A stretch of DNA of 63,651 nt, filler included, from Folioceros fuciformis (taxonomy: Eukaryota): assembly GCA_049999805.1 (NCBI GenBank). It is 17 parts of 17 records of this genome, joined end to end, with 100 filler letters (N's around TTAATTAATTAA, not from the genome) between each part and the next. Parts side by side here need not be neighbours in the genome. Positions count along the whole stretch, not along the records: positions 50,719 to 53,503 come from JBNGIO010006586.1; positions 53,604 to 55,054 come from JBNGIO010006587.1; positions 55,155 to 56,605 come from JBNGIO010006588.1; positions 56,706 to 58,725 come from JBNGIO010006589.1; positions 58,826 to 61,155 come from JBNGIO010006590.1; positions 61,256 to 62,403 come from JBNGIO010006592.1; positions 62,504 to 63,651 come from JBNGIO010006593.1; 10 more parts are not named here. The stretch is one strand, 5' to 3'. The position numbers and the translations under genes are program-made. The number at the start of each line of letters is the position of its first letter. Position 1 is the stretch's first letter. Under the pieces are notes generated by a model. The model saw nothing but the letters and a program-made list of their open reading frames with translations. It was not told the DNA's origin and did no database searches. Of the stretch, positions 52,829 to 63,651 are shown piece after piece.

Positions 52829-53503
52829 TTACTTGAACACTCGTGCACTGGACTGCACTCTTCTGAGCATGAGAGAACGGATTGTGGCGTTCTCTTTTGC
52901 TGCTGCTTCCTCTACCAGCAGCCCATCTGTTTCCACGCCATTATCTGTAACACACGGCACCGGATTCCTGATTTGCCGAATGACCTTGGTTACTGTCTGC
53001 ATGTCCGGCCTCGCAACAGGAAGCTTCTGCGAGCACCACACCCCCAGCTTCAGCATGGCCTTCATCTCACTCAAATTCGACTCCGCCTTGGCGTCCTGGC
53101 CGGCTACCAGGCACTGGGGGTCCATAATCCGTTGCCAGCACCTGGATGACAAAGCTCTGTCCACCCACTCCGAGATGGTCACCCCTCTCCCAAAAACAGA
53201 GCTATCAGGTACCTGCCCTGTGAGAAGCTCCAACACCAGGATCCCGAAGCTGTAAACATCCTGCTTCGGGGACGGTCTCATCACCGCTCTCTCGGGAGCG
53301 GTATACCCCGTCGTCCTCACAAAAGCAGCTGCAGGCTCCGCATCCTCCGACAGATTCTCCTCCATCAGCTGCAGCATCCCGAAATTGGAAACAGACGCAC
53401 CCGCATCCACATCCAGAAAAACACAACTAGGCTTCAGATCCCCGTGCACCAAAGGCGGGGAGTACGCGCAGTGCAGATGTTGCAGCCCTAAGGCCACGCC
53501 GAG
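52829..53503 (-). CDS. Receptor-like pseudokinase C-terminal half (copy 2)
   Basis: As copy 1, with four amino-acid differences (V/M, V/L, A/V, Q/V). Confidence 0.85.
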   Translation of the reverse strand, partial: LGVALGLQHLHCAYSPPLVHGDLKPSCVFLDVDAGASVSNFGMLQLMEENLSEDAEPAAAFVRTTGYTAPERAVMRPSPKQDVYSFGILVLELLTGQVPDSSVFGRGVTISEWVDRALSSRCWQRIMDPQCLVAGQDAKAESNLSEMKAMLKLGVWCSQKLPVARPDMQTVTKVIRQIRNPVPCVTDNGVETDGLLVEEAAAKENATIRSLMLRRVQSSARVFK

Positions 53504-53603
53504 NNNNNNNNNNNNNNNNNNNNNNNNNNNNNNNNNNNNNNNNNNNNTTAATTAATTAANNNNNNNNNNNNNNNNNNNNNNNNNNNNNNNNNNNNNNNNN
53601 NNN

Positions 53604-54362
53604 GGGAAAAGAGAAGGATTTTCCCCGCTCACTTGGAGACAACGCCTTCTTATAGCACTGCAGACTTCCGAGGCTCTAGTGTATCTCCACTCGGCTGCCG
53701 ACCCACCCATCTTCCACCGAGATGTGAAGTCGTCAAATATTCTGCTAGACGATCACCTCAATGCGAAGGTGGCAGATTTCGGCATCTCCAAGCTGGCTCC
53801 AAACAAGGCAGCCACCCATGTTTCCACAATCGCAGTCCAAGGCACCATGGGCTATATCGACCCCGAGTACTATGTCAGCTTCCAGCTCACTCCCAAGAGC
53901 GATGTCTACAGCTTCGGCGTTGTGCTGCTTGAACTCATCTCAGCTAAGCCTGCTGTAGATTTTGGGAGAGGGTATGATGAGGCCAGCTTGGCGAGCCTGG
54001 CATTTTCTGCCATGGATGGGAGGAGCTGGGAAGGGCTGATCGACCCTGCCTTGGCGGACACATACAGTTTAGCCAGTGGGAAGGTATCCATAGAGAGTGT
54101 GGGCGCTTTGGCTGTCCGGTGCTTGGCCCTCAAATCCCGAGATCGTCCAGACATGAGGGAGGTCCGGAAGGTGTTGCAAACCGTCTGGCTTCACACAGAC
54201 TCCGAGGCATCGGATTATGTCAGTCATGACCTGCAGGCACAGTATGCTTACAGTGATGTCCATGTTCACCCGCAGCAAAGTTCCCAGTCGTCTCAGTACA
54301 GTACGAGCTCCACCATATCCGGCCCGGAAATCGAGATGTCTTCTCTGCTTTCACCATTGTAG
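53604..54362 (+). CDS. WAK/WAKL-like RD receptor kinase, C-terminal half (copy 1), 5'-truncated
   Basis: LTWRQRLLIALQT, YLHSAADPPIFHRDVKSSNILLD, KVADFGISK, QGTMGYIDPEYY, QLTPKSDVYSFGVVLLELI. Confidence 0.88.
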   Translation, partial: GKREGFSPLTWRQRLLIALQTSEALVYLHSAADPPIFHRDVKSSNILLDDHLNAKVADFGISKLAPNKAATHVSTIAVQGTMGYIDPEYYVSFQLTPKSDVYSFGVVLLELISAKPAVDFGRGYDEASLASLAFSAMDGRSWEGLIDPALADTYSLASGKVSIESVGALAVRCLALKSRDRPDMREVRKVLQTVWLHTDSEASDYVSHDLQAQYAYSDVHVHPQQSSQSSQYSTSSTISGPEIEMSSLLSPL

Positions 54363-55154
54363 AAGCCAGCTGCATCTTCCTCCTTCCACCTGCATCTTCC
54401 TCCTTCCGGATCATGATATCATGCTATTCCCCTTTTGAACTAGTTTTTCTTTTCTTGAGCTAATTTTTGAGGGTCATGGGGTAATTTTTAGGATCATGGG
54501 CTAATTTTTAGGTCAATGGGCTAGCTCTAGATTATGGAATACGATACGGACATACGGTCCTCTATGAGATTTTTCTAACCGTATGTTTTATGCTAATATT
54601 CTATGGAATCTTTCCTATACGTAGGGATTTTAGCACTCCACACCACACCTCAAGCTGCCATACGGTACAAAGTGTTTTTTCTTCTATCATTGTTACTTGA
54701 GTGGATCCTTCTATCATTGTTACTTGAGTGGACCGATCAAGAATCTAAATTTTTTTTTTTGGGTTTTTACTTTCTTTTTTCACCATTCATAATGTTTTTG
54801 CATGCATTGCCCTTCTTTCACACTTCACCCTACACCTGAGCGGGCAGGTACGGGTATTGGTCTGCACTTGCTCAGTGGAAGAATGAGATTGCCTGGCAGC
54901 TTGTGTTCCTAGTTAAATAGGGAGGCAAGAGGTGCATGGGGTATTCGAGGATGGCGAGGTAGTAGCATTCGAGGTTGAAGGCACCCTAAACCCTTTCAGG
55001 TAAAGCGGAACTTGGAAATGGCGGTGGCGAGATGCGGTGAACTTGGAAATGGCGNNNNNNNNNNNNNNNNNNNNNNNNNNNNNNNNNNNNNNNNNNNNTT
55101 AATTAATTAANNNNNNNNNNNNNNNNNNNNNNNNNNNNNNNNNNNNNNNNNNNN

Positions 55155-55913
55155 GGGAAAAGAGAAGGATTTTCCCCGCTCACTTGGAGACAACGCCTTC
55201 TCATAGCGCTTCAGACTTCCGACGCGCTAGCGTATCTCCACTCGGCTGCCGACCCACCCATCTTCCACCGAGATGTGAAGTCTTCAAATATTCTGCTGGA
55301 CGATGACCTCAATACGAAGGTGGCAGATTTCGGCATCTCCAAGCTGGCTCCGAACAAGGCAGCCACCCATGTTTCCACAGTCGCAGTCCAAGGCACCATG
55401 GGCTATATCGACCCTGAGTACTATGTCAGCTTCCAGCTCACTCCCAAGAGCGATGTCTACAGCTTCGGCGTTGTGCTGCTTGAACTCATCTCAGCTAAGC
55501 CTGCTGTAGATTTTGGGAGAGGGTATGATGAGGCCAGCTTGGCGAGCCTGGCATTTTCTGCCATGGATGGGAGGAGCTGGGAAGGGCTGATCGACCCTGC
55601 CTTGGCGGACACATACAGTTTAGCCAGTGGGAAGGTATCCATAGAGAGTGTGGGCGCTTTGGCTGTCCGGTGCTTGGCCCTCAAATCCCGAGATCGTCCA
55701 GACATGAGGGAGGTCCGGAAGGTGTTGCAAACCGTCTGGCTTCACACAGACTCCGAGGCATCGGATTATGTCAGTCATGACCTGCAGGCACAGTATGCTT
55801 ACAGTGATGTCCATGTTCACCCGCAGCAAAGTTCCCAGTCGTCTCAGTACAGTACGAGCTCCACCATATCCGGCCCGGAAATCGAGATGTCTTCTCTGCT
55901 TTCACCATTGTAG
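55155..55913 (+). CDS. WAK/WAKL-like RD receptor kinase, C-terminal half (copy 2)
   Basis: Contig 55155-56605 duplicates 53604-55054 (offset 1551), with five amino-acid differences near the catalytic loop. Confidence 0.88.
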   Translation, partial: GKREGFSPLTWRQRLLIALQTSDALAYLHSAADPPIFHRDVKSSNILLDDDLNTKVADFGISKLAPNKAATHVSTVAVQGTMGYIDPEYYVSFQLTPKSDVYSFGVVLLELISAKPAVDFGRGYDEASLASLAFSAMDGRSWEGLIDPALADTYSLASGKVSIESVGALAVRCLALKSRDRPDMREVRKVLQTVWLHTDSEASDYVSHDLQAQYAYSDVHVHPQQSSQSSQYSTSSTISGPEIEMSSLLSPL

Positions 55914-56787
55914 AAGCCAGCTGCATCTTCCTCCTTCCACCTGCATCTTCCTCCTTCCGGATCATGATATCATGCTATTCCCCTTTTGAACTAGTTTTTC
56001 TTTTCTTGAGCTAATTTTTGAGGGTCATGGGGTAATTTTTAGGATCATGGGCTAATTTTTAGGTCAATGGGCTAGCTCTAGATTATGGAATACGATACGG
56101 ACATACGGTCCTCTATGAGATTTTTCTAACCGTATGTTTTATGCTAATATTCTATGGAATCTTTCCTATACGTAGGGATTTTAGCACTCCACACCACACC
56201 TCAAGCTGCCATACGGTACAAAGTGTTTTTTCTTCTATCATTGTTACTTGAGTGGATCCTTCTATCATTGTTACTTGAGTGGACCGATCAAGAATCTAAA
56301 TTTTTTTTTTTGGGTTTTTACTTTCTTTTTTCACCATTCATAATGTTTTTGCATGCATTGCCCTTCTTTCACACTTCACCCTACACCTGAGCGGGCAGGT
56401 ACGGGTATTGGTCTGCACTTGCTCAGTGGAAGAATGAGATTGCCTGGCAGCTTGTGTTCCTAGTTAAATAGGGAGGCAAGAGGTGCATGGGGTATTCGAG
56501 GATGGCGAGGTAGTAGCATTCGAGGTTGAAGGCACCCTAAACCCTTTCAGGTAAAGCGGAACTTGGAAATGGCGGTGGCGAGATGCGGTGAACTTGGAAA
56601 TGGCGNNNNNNNNNNNNNNNNNNNNNNNNNNNNNNNNNNNNNNNNNNNNTTAATTAATTAANNNNNNNNNNNNNNNNNNNNNNNNNNNNNNNNNNNNNNN
56701 NNNNNAGTTTAAGAGCCTTGTTATAGTGCTCTTAGTTTTGGGATTCTGCATCTTGCTTCAACTAACTTGTTTTAACCTCCTTTGAGC

Positions 56788-58725
56788 ATGGCGGGGGTGA
56801 CATCTCAACAGGTTATGGGCCCACACACCCAAGGGACCGTCACTCTACAAGTTATCTCAAAGTTTGGAGGTGACAACTTCAACTTGTGGAAGTTCAAGAT
56901 GCAAATGTTGTTGGCTGAAAAAGGCCTTTGGGGAATTGTGTCGGGGACCGAGGAGCGTCCAAATGAAGTGGAGAGACAGCCAAAGTGGGATGAGCTTGCA
57001 GGCAAGGCCTTTGCAAATATTTGTTTCAACTTAGAAGATGCACAATTGATGCATGTGACCACTTGCAAATCAGCAAGAGAGGCTTGGTTGAAATTAGAGG
57101 CTTTGTATGAGAACAAGAGCCTTGTGAATCGCTTGTTCTTAAGGCGTAGATTCTTTTCCATTCAAATGGGTGAGAGTGATAGTGTGATTGAGCATGTAGA
57201 CAAGGTGAGGAGTCTTTCCCAACAATTGGCAGTCATTGGAGCTCCTGTGACGGATGATGACCTTGTGATGACTCTTCTTGCAAGCTTGCCGGAGTCATAT
57301 AACAATTTGATTGTAGCTTTAGAATCAAGAGTAGATGCTCTTACATTTGAGATTGTTGTGGGAAGACTACTCCATGAGGAGACCAAACGAAAGGAGAAGG
57401 GGAAGACATCGGAAGAATCAGCCTTTGTGACCAAGAAGATTGGCGACGGATCAGCCAACCTTGTGAAACAAACGGAGGCCTCTTCATTCACGGGGAGAAA
57501 TCGTAGATCTAATCTCACTTGCAATTACTGTGGCAAGGTTGGACATTTTGCAAGGAATTGCTTCAAGAGAGATCGAGATGAGAAGACAAAGAGTCAAGGA
57601 AACTTCGTGGAAGAGTATGAGGAAGCTTTTGTGTGCACACATCATCCCTCCAAGCAAGTCGAAGAATGGTACATTGATTCGGGAGCTACGGAGCACATGA
57701 CCAATAGGCGTGAGTGGTTCCAATCTTTCAAGTCCATTGCTGCTACCAAGATCTATTTGGGTGATAATTCAATCCAAATGTGTGAGGGGGAAGGTGTTGT
57801 GGCAATGGATATGACCACACCTAACGGAGTAGTGCGTGGGATGTTGAAAAGGGTGCTATACGTACCAGGCTTGGGAAAGAACTTGTTTTCCGTGAGTGCA
57901 GCCACCTCTCTAGGATTGGTAGTGAGATTTGAAGGATCTAATGTGTCTTTCACTAATGCGCACGGAAAAGTGAGGGCACAAGGAGAAAAGATTGGCAAGC
58001 TCTATTGCTTGAGTGGGAGCGTTGTCATGCCGAGGTCGAGCATCGAGGAGGCAAATGTGGTACAAAAGAACACTAACAAGTTGCTCTTATGGCACCAAAG
58101 GCTAGGACATCTTGGCGTTCAAAACATCAAGCTCATGGATCGTAAGAAAATGGTGCAAGGACTCGATCTTGGTGAAGACGAAGACATTGGCGTTTGCAAA
58201 GGGTGTATTATGGGTAAGCAACACCGCCTTCCATTTCCAAAGCAAGGAAGTAGATCCAATCATTTGTTAGAGGTGGTGCATACAGACATCTGTGGTCCCA
58301 TGAAGACCACATCCATAGGAGGTGCTAAGTATTTTCTTACCTTCACGGATGATAAGTCTAGATATACGAAGGTGTACTTTTTGAAATCCAAGGAGGCATG
58401 CTTCTCCAAATTCAAGGAGTACAAAGCATTTGTGGAGAACCAAATTGGGAGAAAGATCAAGACTCTACGAAGTGACAATGGAGGGGAGTACATGTCCAAG
58501 GAATTTGAGATGTTTTGCAAGGAGCACGGAATTGTTCATCAATTCTCAGCACCTTATAGTCCTCAACAAAACGGAGTTGCAGAACGCAAAAATAGAACTT
58601 TGGTAGAATGTGCAAGAAGTATGTTGCACCATGGAGGATTGGGATATGAGTTTTGGGGTGAGGCTATTGCAACTGCTGTGTATCTAACAAATAGGAGTGT
58701 GACTGCATCATTGGAGGGCATCACA
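56788..58725 (+). CDS. Copia D gag-PR-IN (open frame, 3'-truncated)
   Basis: FNLWKFKM, CNYCGKVGHFARNC, YIDSGAT, WHQRLGH, VHTDICGP, RSDNGGEY and QNGVAERKN, with no stops. Confidence 0.92.
56811..56824 (+). promoter_or_regulatory. Half-tRNA PBS complementary to the anticodon arm of tRNA-iMet
   Basis: GGTTATGGGCCCAC lies immediately after the LTR-terminal CA. This is the same PBS type as Drosophila copia and yeast Ty5. Confidence 0.85.
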
Positions 58726-58825
58726 NNNNNNNNNNNNNNNNNNNNNNNNNNNNNNNNNNNNNNNNNNNNTTAATTAATTAANNNNNNNNNNNNNNNNNNN
58801 NNNNNNNNNNNNNNNNNNNNNNNNN

Positions 58826-60805
58826 AAGTCCAAGGAGATAAGAACCAAGTTGGAGGCAAAGTCAGTGGAGTGCATTTTTGTAGGTTATGACTTGGAGAGA
58901 AAAGCTTTTCGATTGTATGACCAGGGCGCGAAGCGTGTCATAATTAGTAGGGATGTGATTTTTGAGGAAAATGGAGTTGCTATCACTAAGATTCCAAATG
59001 TGTCTATTGTGAATGATGATGATGACTTTACAGTGGCCCTAGAAGAAACAACAAGGGATGATGCTTCTATTGAAGAGAACAAGGGGATTTCTGATGAAGG
59101 AGAAGTAGAGGAGCAAGCACAAAGGCAAGAAACGCCTCCACCAAAGAGGTATCCGACAAGGGAGCGACGGCCACCTAAGGATTGGAGAGAAGGACCAGAG
59201 TTTGCTTCCATTGCTATGACACACGGAAGGGAACCATTGACTGTGGCTGAAGCTCTACAAGGGAAGGATTGCGAGCACTGGAAAGAAGCCATGGATGAGG
59301 AGATGAGGTCTCTTGAAGGTAATGATACGTGGATGTTGACAACATTGCCCGCAGGAAGGAATGCCATTGGGTGTAAGTGGGTGTTTAGAATCAAGAGAAA
59401 TGCAAGTGGGGAAATTGATAGATTCAAGGCTAGGTTGGTGGTGAAGGGATACTCCCAAGAGGAGGGCATTGACTACAATGAGACATTTGCACCAGTTGCC
59501 AAGTTTGCATCCATCAGAACCTTACTTGCAGTGGGAGCAATGTATGATTTGGAGATTCATCAAATGGATGTGAAAACAGCATTTCTAAATGGGGACTTGG
59601 AGGAAGACATTTACATGGAGCAACCCCAAGGCTATGTAGTTATGGGCAAGGAGAACATGGTTTGCAAATTGAAGAAAGCTCTTTATGGATTGAAGCAGGC
59701 TCCAAGAGCTTGGTATCAAAAGATTAACTCATATCTTTTGGAGCAGGGCTTTCGGCAATGCACATCAGATGAGAGCATCTACATTTTTGAGGTCTCCCAA
59801 AGTAAGGTAATCTTAGCCATATATGTGGATGATCTTATCTTGTTGAGTCCATCTTTAAGCAGTATTGATAAAGTGAAGGAGATGTTGTCAAAGAAGTTTG
59901 AAATGAAGGACTTAGGGAACATCAACTATTGTCTTGGAATTGAAGTGTGGAGAGATAGGGCAGCACGTATCATCAGGCTTGGTCAGCAAGGGTATGTTGA
60001 GGGATTATTGGAGCGATTTGGAATGATGGATTGCAAGCCTATTGGGACCCCTCAAGATTTAGGTGTGAAGTTGTGTAAGGTTGACTACTCATCAAATGAT
60101 GGGGAGGAGCATGAGATGAGTAACATCCCATATAGGGCAGCAGTTGGAAGTTTGATGTATGCCATGGTAGGAACACGTCCAGACATTGCAAAGGCAGTGG
60201 GAGTAGTGAGCCAATTTATGCAAAGCCCTGGAAAGCAACATTGGATTGCGGTGAAAAGGATCATGCGATACTTGAGAGGTACAAGTGATATGTGGTTGGA
60301 ATTCTCGGGTGGAATCAAATGCCATAATATTATTGGGTATTGTGACTCGGATTGGGGAAGTGATCTTGATGATAGAAGATCAACTACAGGATATACTTTT
60401 ATTTTAGGAGGAGGTGCCATTACCTGGAATAGTAAGAAGCAACCCACGGTGGCCATATCGACAGTTGAAGCTGAGTACATGGCATCCACACAAGCCACCA
60501 AGGAGGCCGTATGGTTGAGAAAGCTCATGGAGGAGATTGGTTATGAACAATTGCATCCGACCACTCTTAGGAGCGATAGTCAAGGAAGTATGGCCTTGAT
60601 CAAGAATCCAGTGCATCATGCAAGGACAAAGCATATTAACATTCAACATCACTTTGTACGTGAGAAGGTGAAGTTATTGGAGGTTACCTTTGAATATTGC
60701 AACACTGAGGAAATGGCTGCAGATTTCTTAACCAAGGCAGTGAGTAAGTTCAAGTTTGAGAAATGCAGGGGACTACTTGGACTGAAGCAAACTCAAGTGC
60801 GCTGA
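58826..60805 (+). CDS. Copia D IN C-terminus, RT and RNase H (open frame)
   Basis: [35 protein letters not shown] and HARTKHI, with no stops. Confidence 0.92.
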   Translation, partial: KSKEIRTKLEAKSVECIFVGYDLERKAFRLYDQGAKRVIISRDVIFEENGVAITKIPNVSIVNDDDDFTVALEETTRDDASIEENKGISDEGEVEEQAQRQETPPPKRYPTRERRPPKDWREGPEFASIAMTHGREPLTVAEALQGKDCEHWKEAMDEEMRSLEGNDTWMLTTLPAGRNAIGCKWVFRIKRNASGEIDRFKARLVVKGYSQEEGIDYNETFAPVAKFASIRTLLAVGAMYDLEIHQMDVKTAFLNGDLEEDIYMEQPQGYVVMGKENMVCKLKKALYGLKQAPRAWYQKINSYLLEQGFRQCTSDESIYIFEVSQSKVILAIYVDDLILLSPSLSSIDKVKEMLSKKFEMKDLGNINYCLGIEVWRDRAARIIRLGQQGYVEGLLERFGMMDCKPIGTPQDLGVKLCKVDYSSNDGEEHEMSNIPYRAAVGSLMYAMVGTRPDIAKAVGVVSQFMQSPGKQHWIAVKRIMRYLRGTSDMWLEFSGGIKCHNIIGYCDSDWGSDLDDRRSTTGYTFILGGGAITWNSKKQPTVAISTVEAEYMASTQATKEAVWLRKLMEEIGYEQLHPTTLRSDSQGSMALIKNPVHHARTKHINIQHHFVREKVKLLEVTFEYCNTEEMAADFLTKAVSKFKFEKCRGLLGLKQTQVR

Positions 60806-61255
60806 GTGGGAGTGTTAAGCATGATTAATGTTGATATTAATTAGTGCTAATCCAGCTTATTGAGTTTGTACTAATTAGTGGTAAGAATGATTAAGGTTAT
60901 GATTAATATATATATATATATATAGCTTATTAGACTTTGCTATGTTGGGCAAAAGAAGTATTGTAGGGTTTGGTTGGGGTCATTTATCCCATATTGGGCA
61001 CTAAATGAGAGAGCCACCCATAGGTCCATAAAAGAAGGGATGAACCCACTTAGTAGTGGCAGTCTAACTCCCTCTTCACTTGTATTGTGTTGTTTTTGTA
61101 ATTCTCCTTTTTTATTTTAGTTTAAGAGCCTTGTTATAGTGCTCTTAGTTTTGGGNNNNNNNNNNNNNNNNNNNNNNNNNNNNNNNNNNNNNNNNNNNNT
61201 TAATTAATTAANNNNNNNNNNNNNNNNNNNNNNNNNNNNNNNNNNNNNNNNNNNN

Positions 61256-62403
61256 CCTTCTGTAAAGCCCACAAATATGTAAGGGCTAGACTTGGGCTCA
61301 AACTTTGTACGTGTGTCCTTAGGAACCTGAGCATACGCTTTGGACCCGAAGACACGCATATGAGATAAACTCGGCTTTCGTCCCGTCCATAGCTCATATG
61401 GCGTAGCTCCAGGTACGGCTTTGTGAGAAATCCGATTTTGAATATAGGCAGCATAGGCAACTGCTTCAGCCCAGTAGCACTTAGGAAGTTGGGCATACTG
61501 TAGCATGCTAGAAGCCATGATCTCGAGGCTCCAGTTCTTATTCTCAGCCACCCCGTTCTGCTGTGGCGTATACGGATTGGTGAACTGTCTAACAATGCCT
61601 CTCTGCTTGCAGAAGTTGACAAAGTCTCCGGCAACATATTCGCCACCATTATCACTCCGAAGGGCCTTCAGCTTATGGCCCGTTTGCAGCTCCGCCCAGT
61701 TGACATACTCCAAGAAGCACCCAAAAGTATCAGACTTGTGGAGCAGAAAGTAGACCACACAGAAGCGTGTGTAGTCATCTATAAACGTGAGAAAGTATTC
61801 CTTTCCTCCTGGGGACTTTGGCAAAGGTCCACAGAGGTCACTGTGAACCAGGCCGAGAGGTGCAGTAGCTCGTGTTGGGGAAGCAGTCGGGAATGAAACC
61901 CGCTTATGCTTGCCCAGAATACACGCTTCACACATACTGAAGTCCTTCTGTTCATCCAAGGTAAGTCCTTCAACCAGTTTCTTCTGGTGCATGTCGACTA
62001 ACTTCTTAAAGTTAACATGTCCTAAACGGAGATGCCACAGAAAAGTCTTGGACAGTCTTGCAGCGGAGCTGGCTGCATTGGCTTGTGCTGACTGGAGGTC
62101 CAGATGGTAAAGATCGTCGGACTCCAGATGTCCAGTGGCCAGCAGGTGGCCATCACCAGTTTCAACTACACAATGGCCTCCTCCAAAACAGACATAACAG
62201 CCTGACTGGTCAATTTTCCGAACGGAGACCAAATTTTTGGTCAAACCTGGTACGTAGAGCACATCTGGAATGGCTAAGTGCTGAGCTGGCTGTAGGTCGA
62301 GGTTGATAGTGCCCTGACCTTCTATCTTGTGTTTGGTGTCGTCTCCAAGACACACATACTTTGCAGGGTCACTCTGATGTAGTTCAGTAAAATAAGAAGC
62401 ATG
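61256..62403 (-). mobile_element. Copia PR-IN fragment (1148 bp, open frame)
   Basis: VLYVPGLTKNLVSV, WHLRLGH, CEAC, VHSDLCGP, RSDNGGEY, RVFGS. Confidence 0.9.
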
Positions 62404-62503
62404 NNNNNNNNNNNNNNNNNNNNNNNNNNNNNNNNNNNNNNNNNNNNTTAATTAATTAANNNNNNNNNNNNNNNNNNNNNNNNNNNNNNNNNNNNNNNNN
62501 NNN

Positions 62504-63651
62504 CATGCTTCTTATTTTACTGAACTACATCAGAGTGACCCTGCAAAGTATGTGTGTCTTGGAGACGACACCAAACACAAGATAGAAGGTCAGGGCACTA
62601 TCAACCTCGACCTACAGCCAGCTCAGCACTTAGCCATTCCAGATGTGCTCTACGTACCAGGTTTGACCAAAAATTTGGTCTCCGTTCGGAAAATTGACCA
62701 GTCAGGCTGTTATGTCTGTTTTGGAGGAGGCCATTGTGTAGTTGAAACTGGTGATGGCCACCTGCTGGCCACTGGACATCTGGAGTCCGACGATCTTTAC
62801 CATCTGGACCTCCAGTCAGCACAAGCCAATGCAGCCAGCTCCGCTGCAAGACTGTCCAAGACTTTTCTGTGGCATCTCCGTTTAGGACATGTTAACTTTA
62901 AGAAGTTAGTCGACATGCACCAGAAGAAACTGGTTGAAGGACTTACCTTGGATGAACAGAAGGACTTCAGTATGTGTGAAGCGTGTATTCTGGGCAAGCA
63001 TAAGCGGGCTTCATTCCCGACTGCTTCCCCAACACGAGCTACTGCACCTCTCGGCCTGGTTCACAGTGACCTCTGTGGACCTTTGCCAAAGTCCCCAGGA
63101 GGAAAGGAATACTTTCTCACGTTTATAGATGACTACACACGCTTCTGTGTGGTCTACTTTCTGCTCCACAAGTCTGATACTTTTGGGTGCTTCTTGGAGT
63201 ATGTCAACTGGGCGGAGCTGCAAACGGGCCATAAGCTGAAGGCCCTTCGGAGTGATAATGGTGGCGAATATGTTGCCGGAGACTTTGTCAACTTCTGCAA
63301 GCAGAGAGGCATTGTTAGACAGTTCACCAATCCGTATACGCCACAGCAGAACGGGGTGGCTGAGAATAAGAACTGGAGCCTCGAGATCATGGCTTCTAGC
63401 ATGCTACAGTATGCCCAACTTCCTAAGTGCTACTGGGCTGAAGCAGTTGCCTATGCTGCCTATATTCAAAATCGGATTTCTCACAAAGCCGTACCTGGAG
63501 CTACGCCATATGAGCTATGGACGGGACGAAAGCCGAGTTTATCTCATATGCGTGTCTTCGGGTCCAAAGCGTATGCTCAGGTTCCTAAGGACACACGTAC
63601 AAAGTTTGAGCCCAAGTCTAGCCCTTACATATTTGTGGGCTTTACAGAAGG
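62504..63651 (+). mobile_element. Reverse-complement duplicate of the 61256-62403 copia fragment
   Basis: Same 1148-bp length. At least one SNP (63009 vs 61898; RASF vs RVSF). Confidence 0.92.

Larger units (their letters stand above)
47834..53503. repeat. Two near-identical 2785-bp contigs (47834-50618 and 50719-53503): bubble arms, alleles or paralogs
   Basis: Same length and same internal gap, offset 2885. Differences are seen only in the distal ~900 bp. Confidence 0.95.
56706..61155 (+). mobile_element. Ty1/copia element D, half-tRNA-iMet-primed, split across two contigs
   Basis: The LTR ends in AACA at 56810, followed by PBS GGTTATGGGCCCAC. PPT GAGTGGGAG at 60804-60812 and LTR TGTT from 60813. 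61119-61155 equals 56706-56742, giving an LTR of about 411 bp. Confidence 0.9.

Noticed and set aside
47834-56605. Apparent direct tandem duplications of 2.8 kb and 1.45 kb
   Set aside because: The copies are separated by linkers, so tandem adjacency is unsupported. They are treated as bubble arms, alleles or paralogs.
61256-63651. Apparent 1.15-kb perfect inverted repeat (giant hairpin) of an integrase fragment
   Set aside because: The arms are separate contigs on either side of the artificial linker: the same sequence output in both orientations.

Overview
This is land-plant nuclear DNA. The PLS-class PPR relics and gene styles suggest a seed-free plant such as a fern (inference). The window is not one locus. 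It is 17 unrelated contigs joined by an artificial 100-bp spacer (N44-TTAATTAATTAA-N44), plus six internal 100-N gaps. Exact 47-bp end overlaps point to a K=48 de Bruijn assembly, so some contigs are collapsed cycles, duplicated bubble arms or reverse-complement duplicates. Host genes and relics: an intronless HSPA12-type atypical Hsp70 next to a GIL1/IRKI-family coiled-coil gene whose C-terminus resembles the GrpE head, plus a decayed second Hsp70 copy; a hybrid histidine-kinase relic; a plastid-targeted PsbP-like ORF; two PPR pseudogenes; a circularly permuted subtilase; an LCAT-like lipase; a WRC zinc-finger protein; and duplicated WAK-like kinase and RLK pseudokinase fragments that appear to form a convergent pair. 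Ty1/copia elements are abundant. Three related tRNA-iMet-primed elements have long leaders carrying extra ORFs or a captured methylesterase exon, and apparently non-canonical LTR ends. One nearly intact element is primed by a half-tRNA. The best candidate for an undescribed system is the linked atypical Hsp70 plus GrpE-like gene module at 172-6963.
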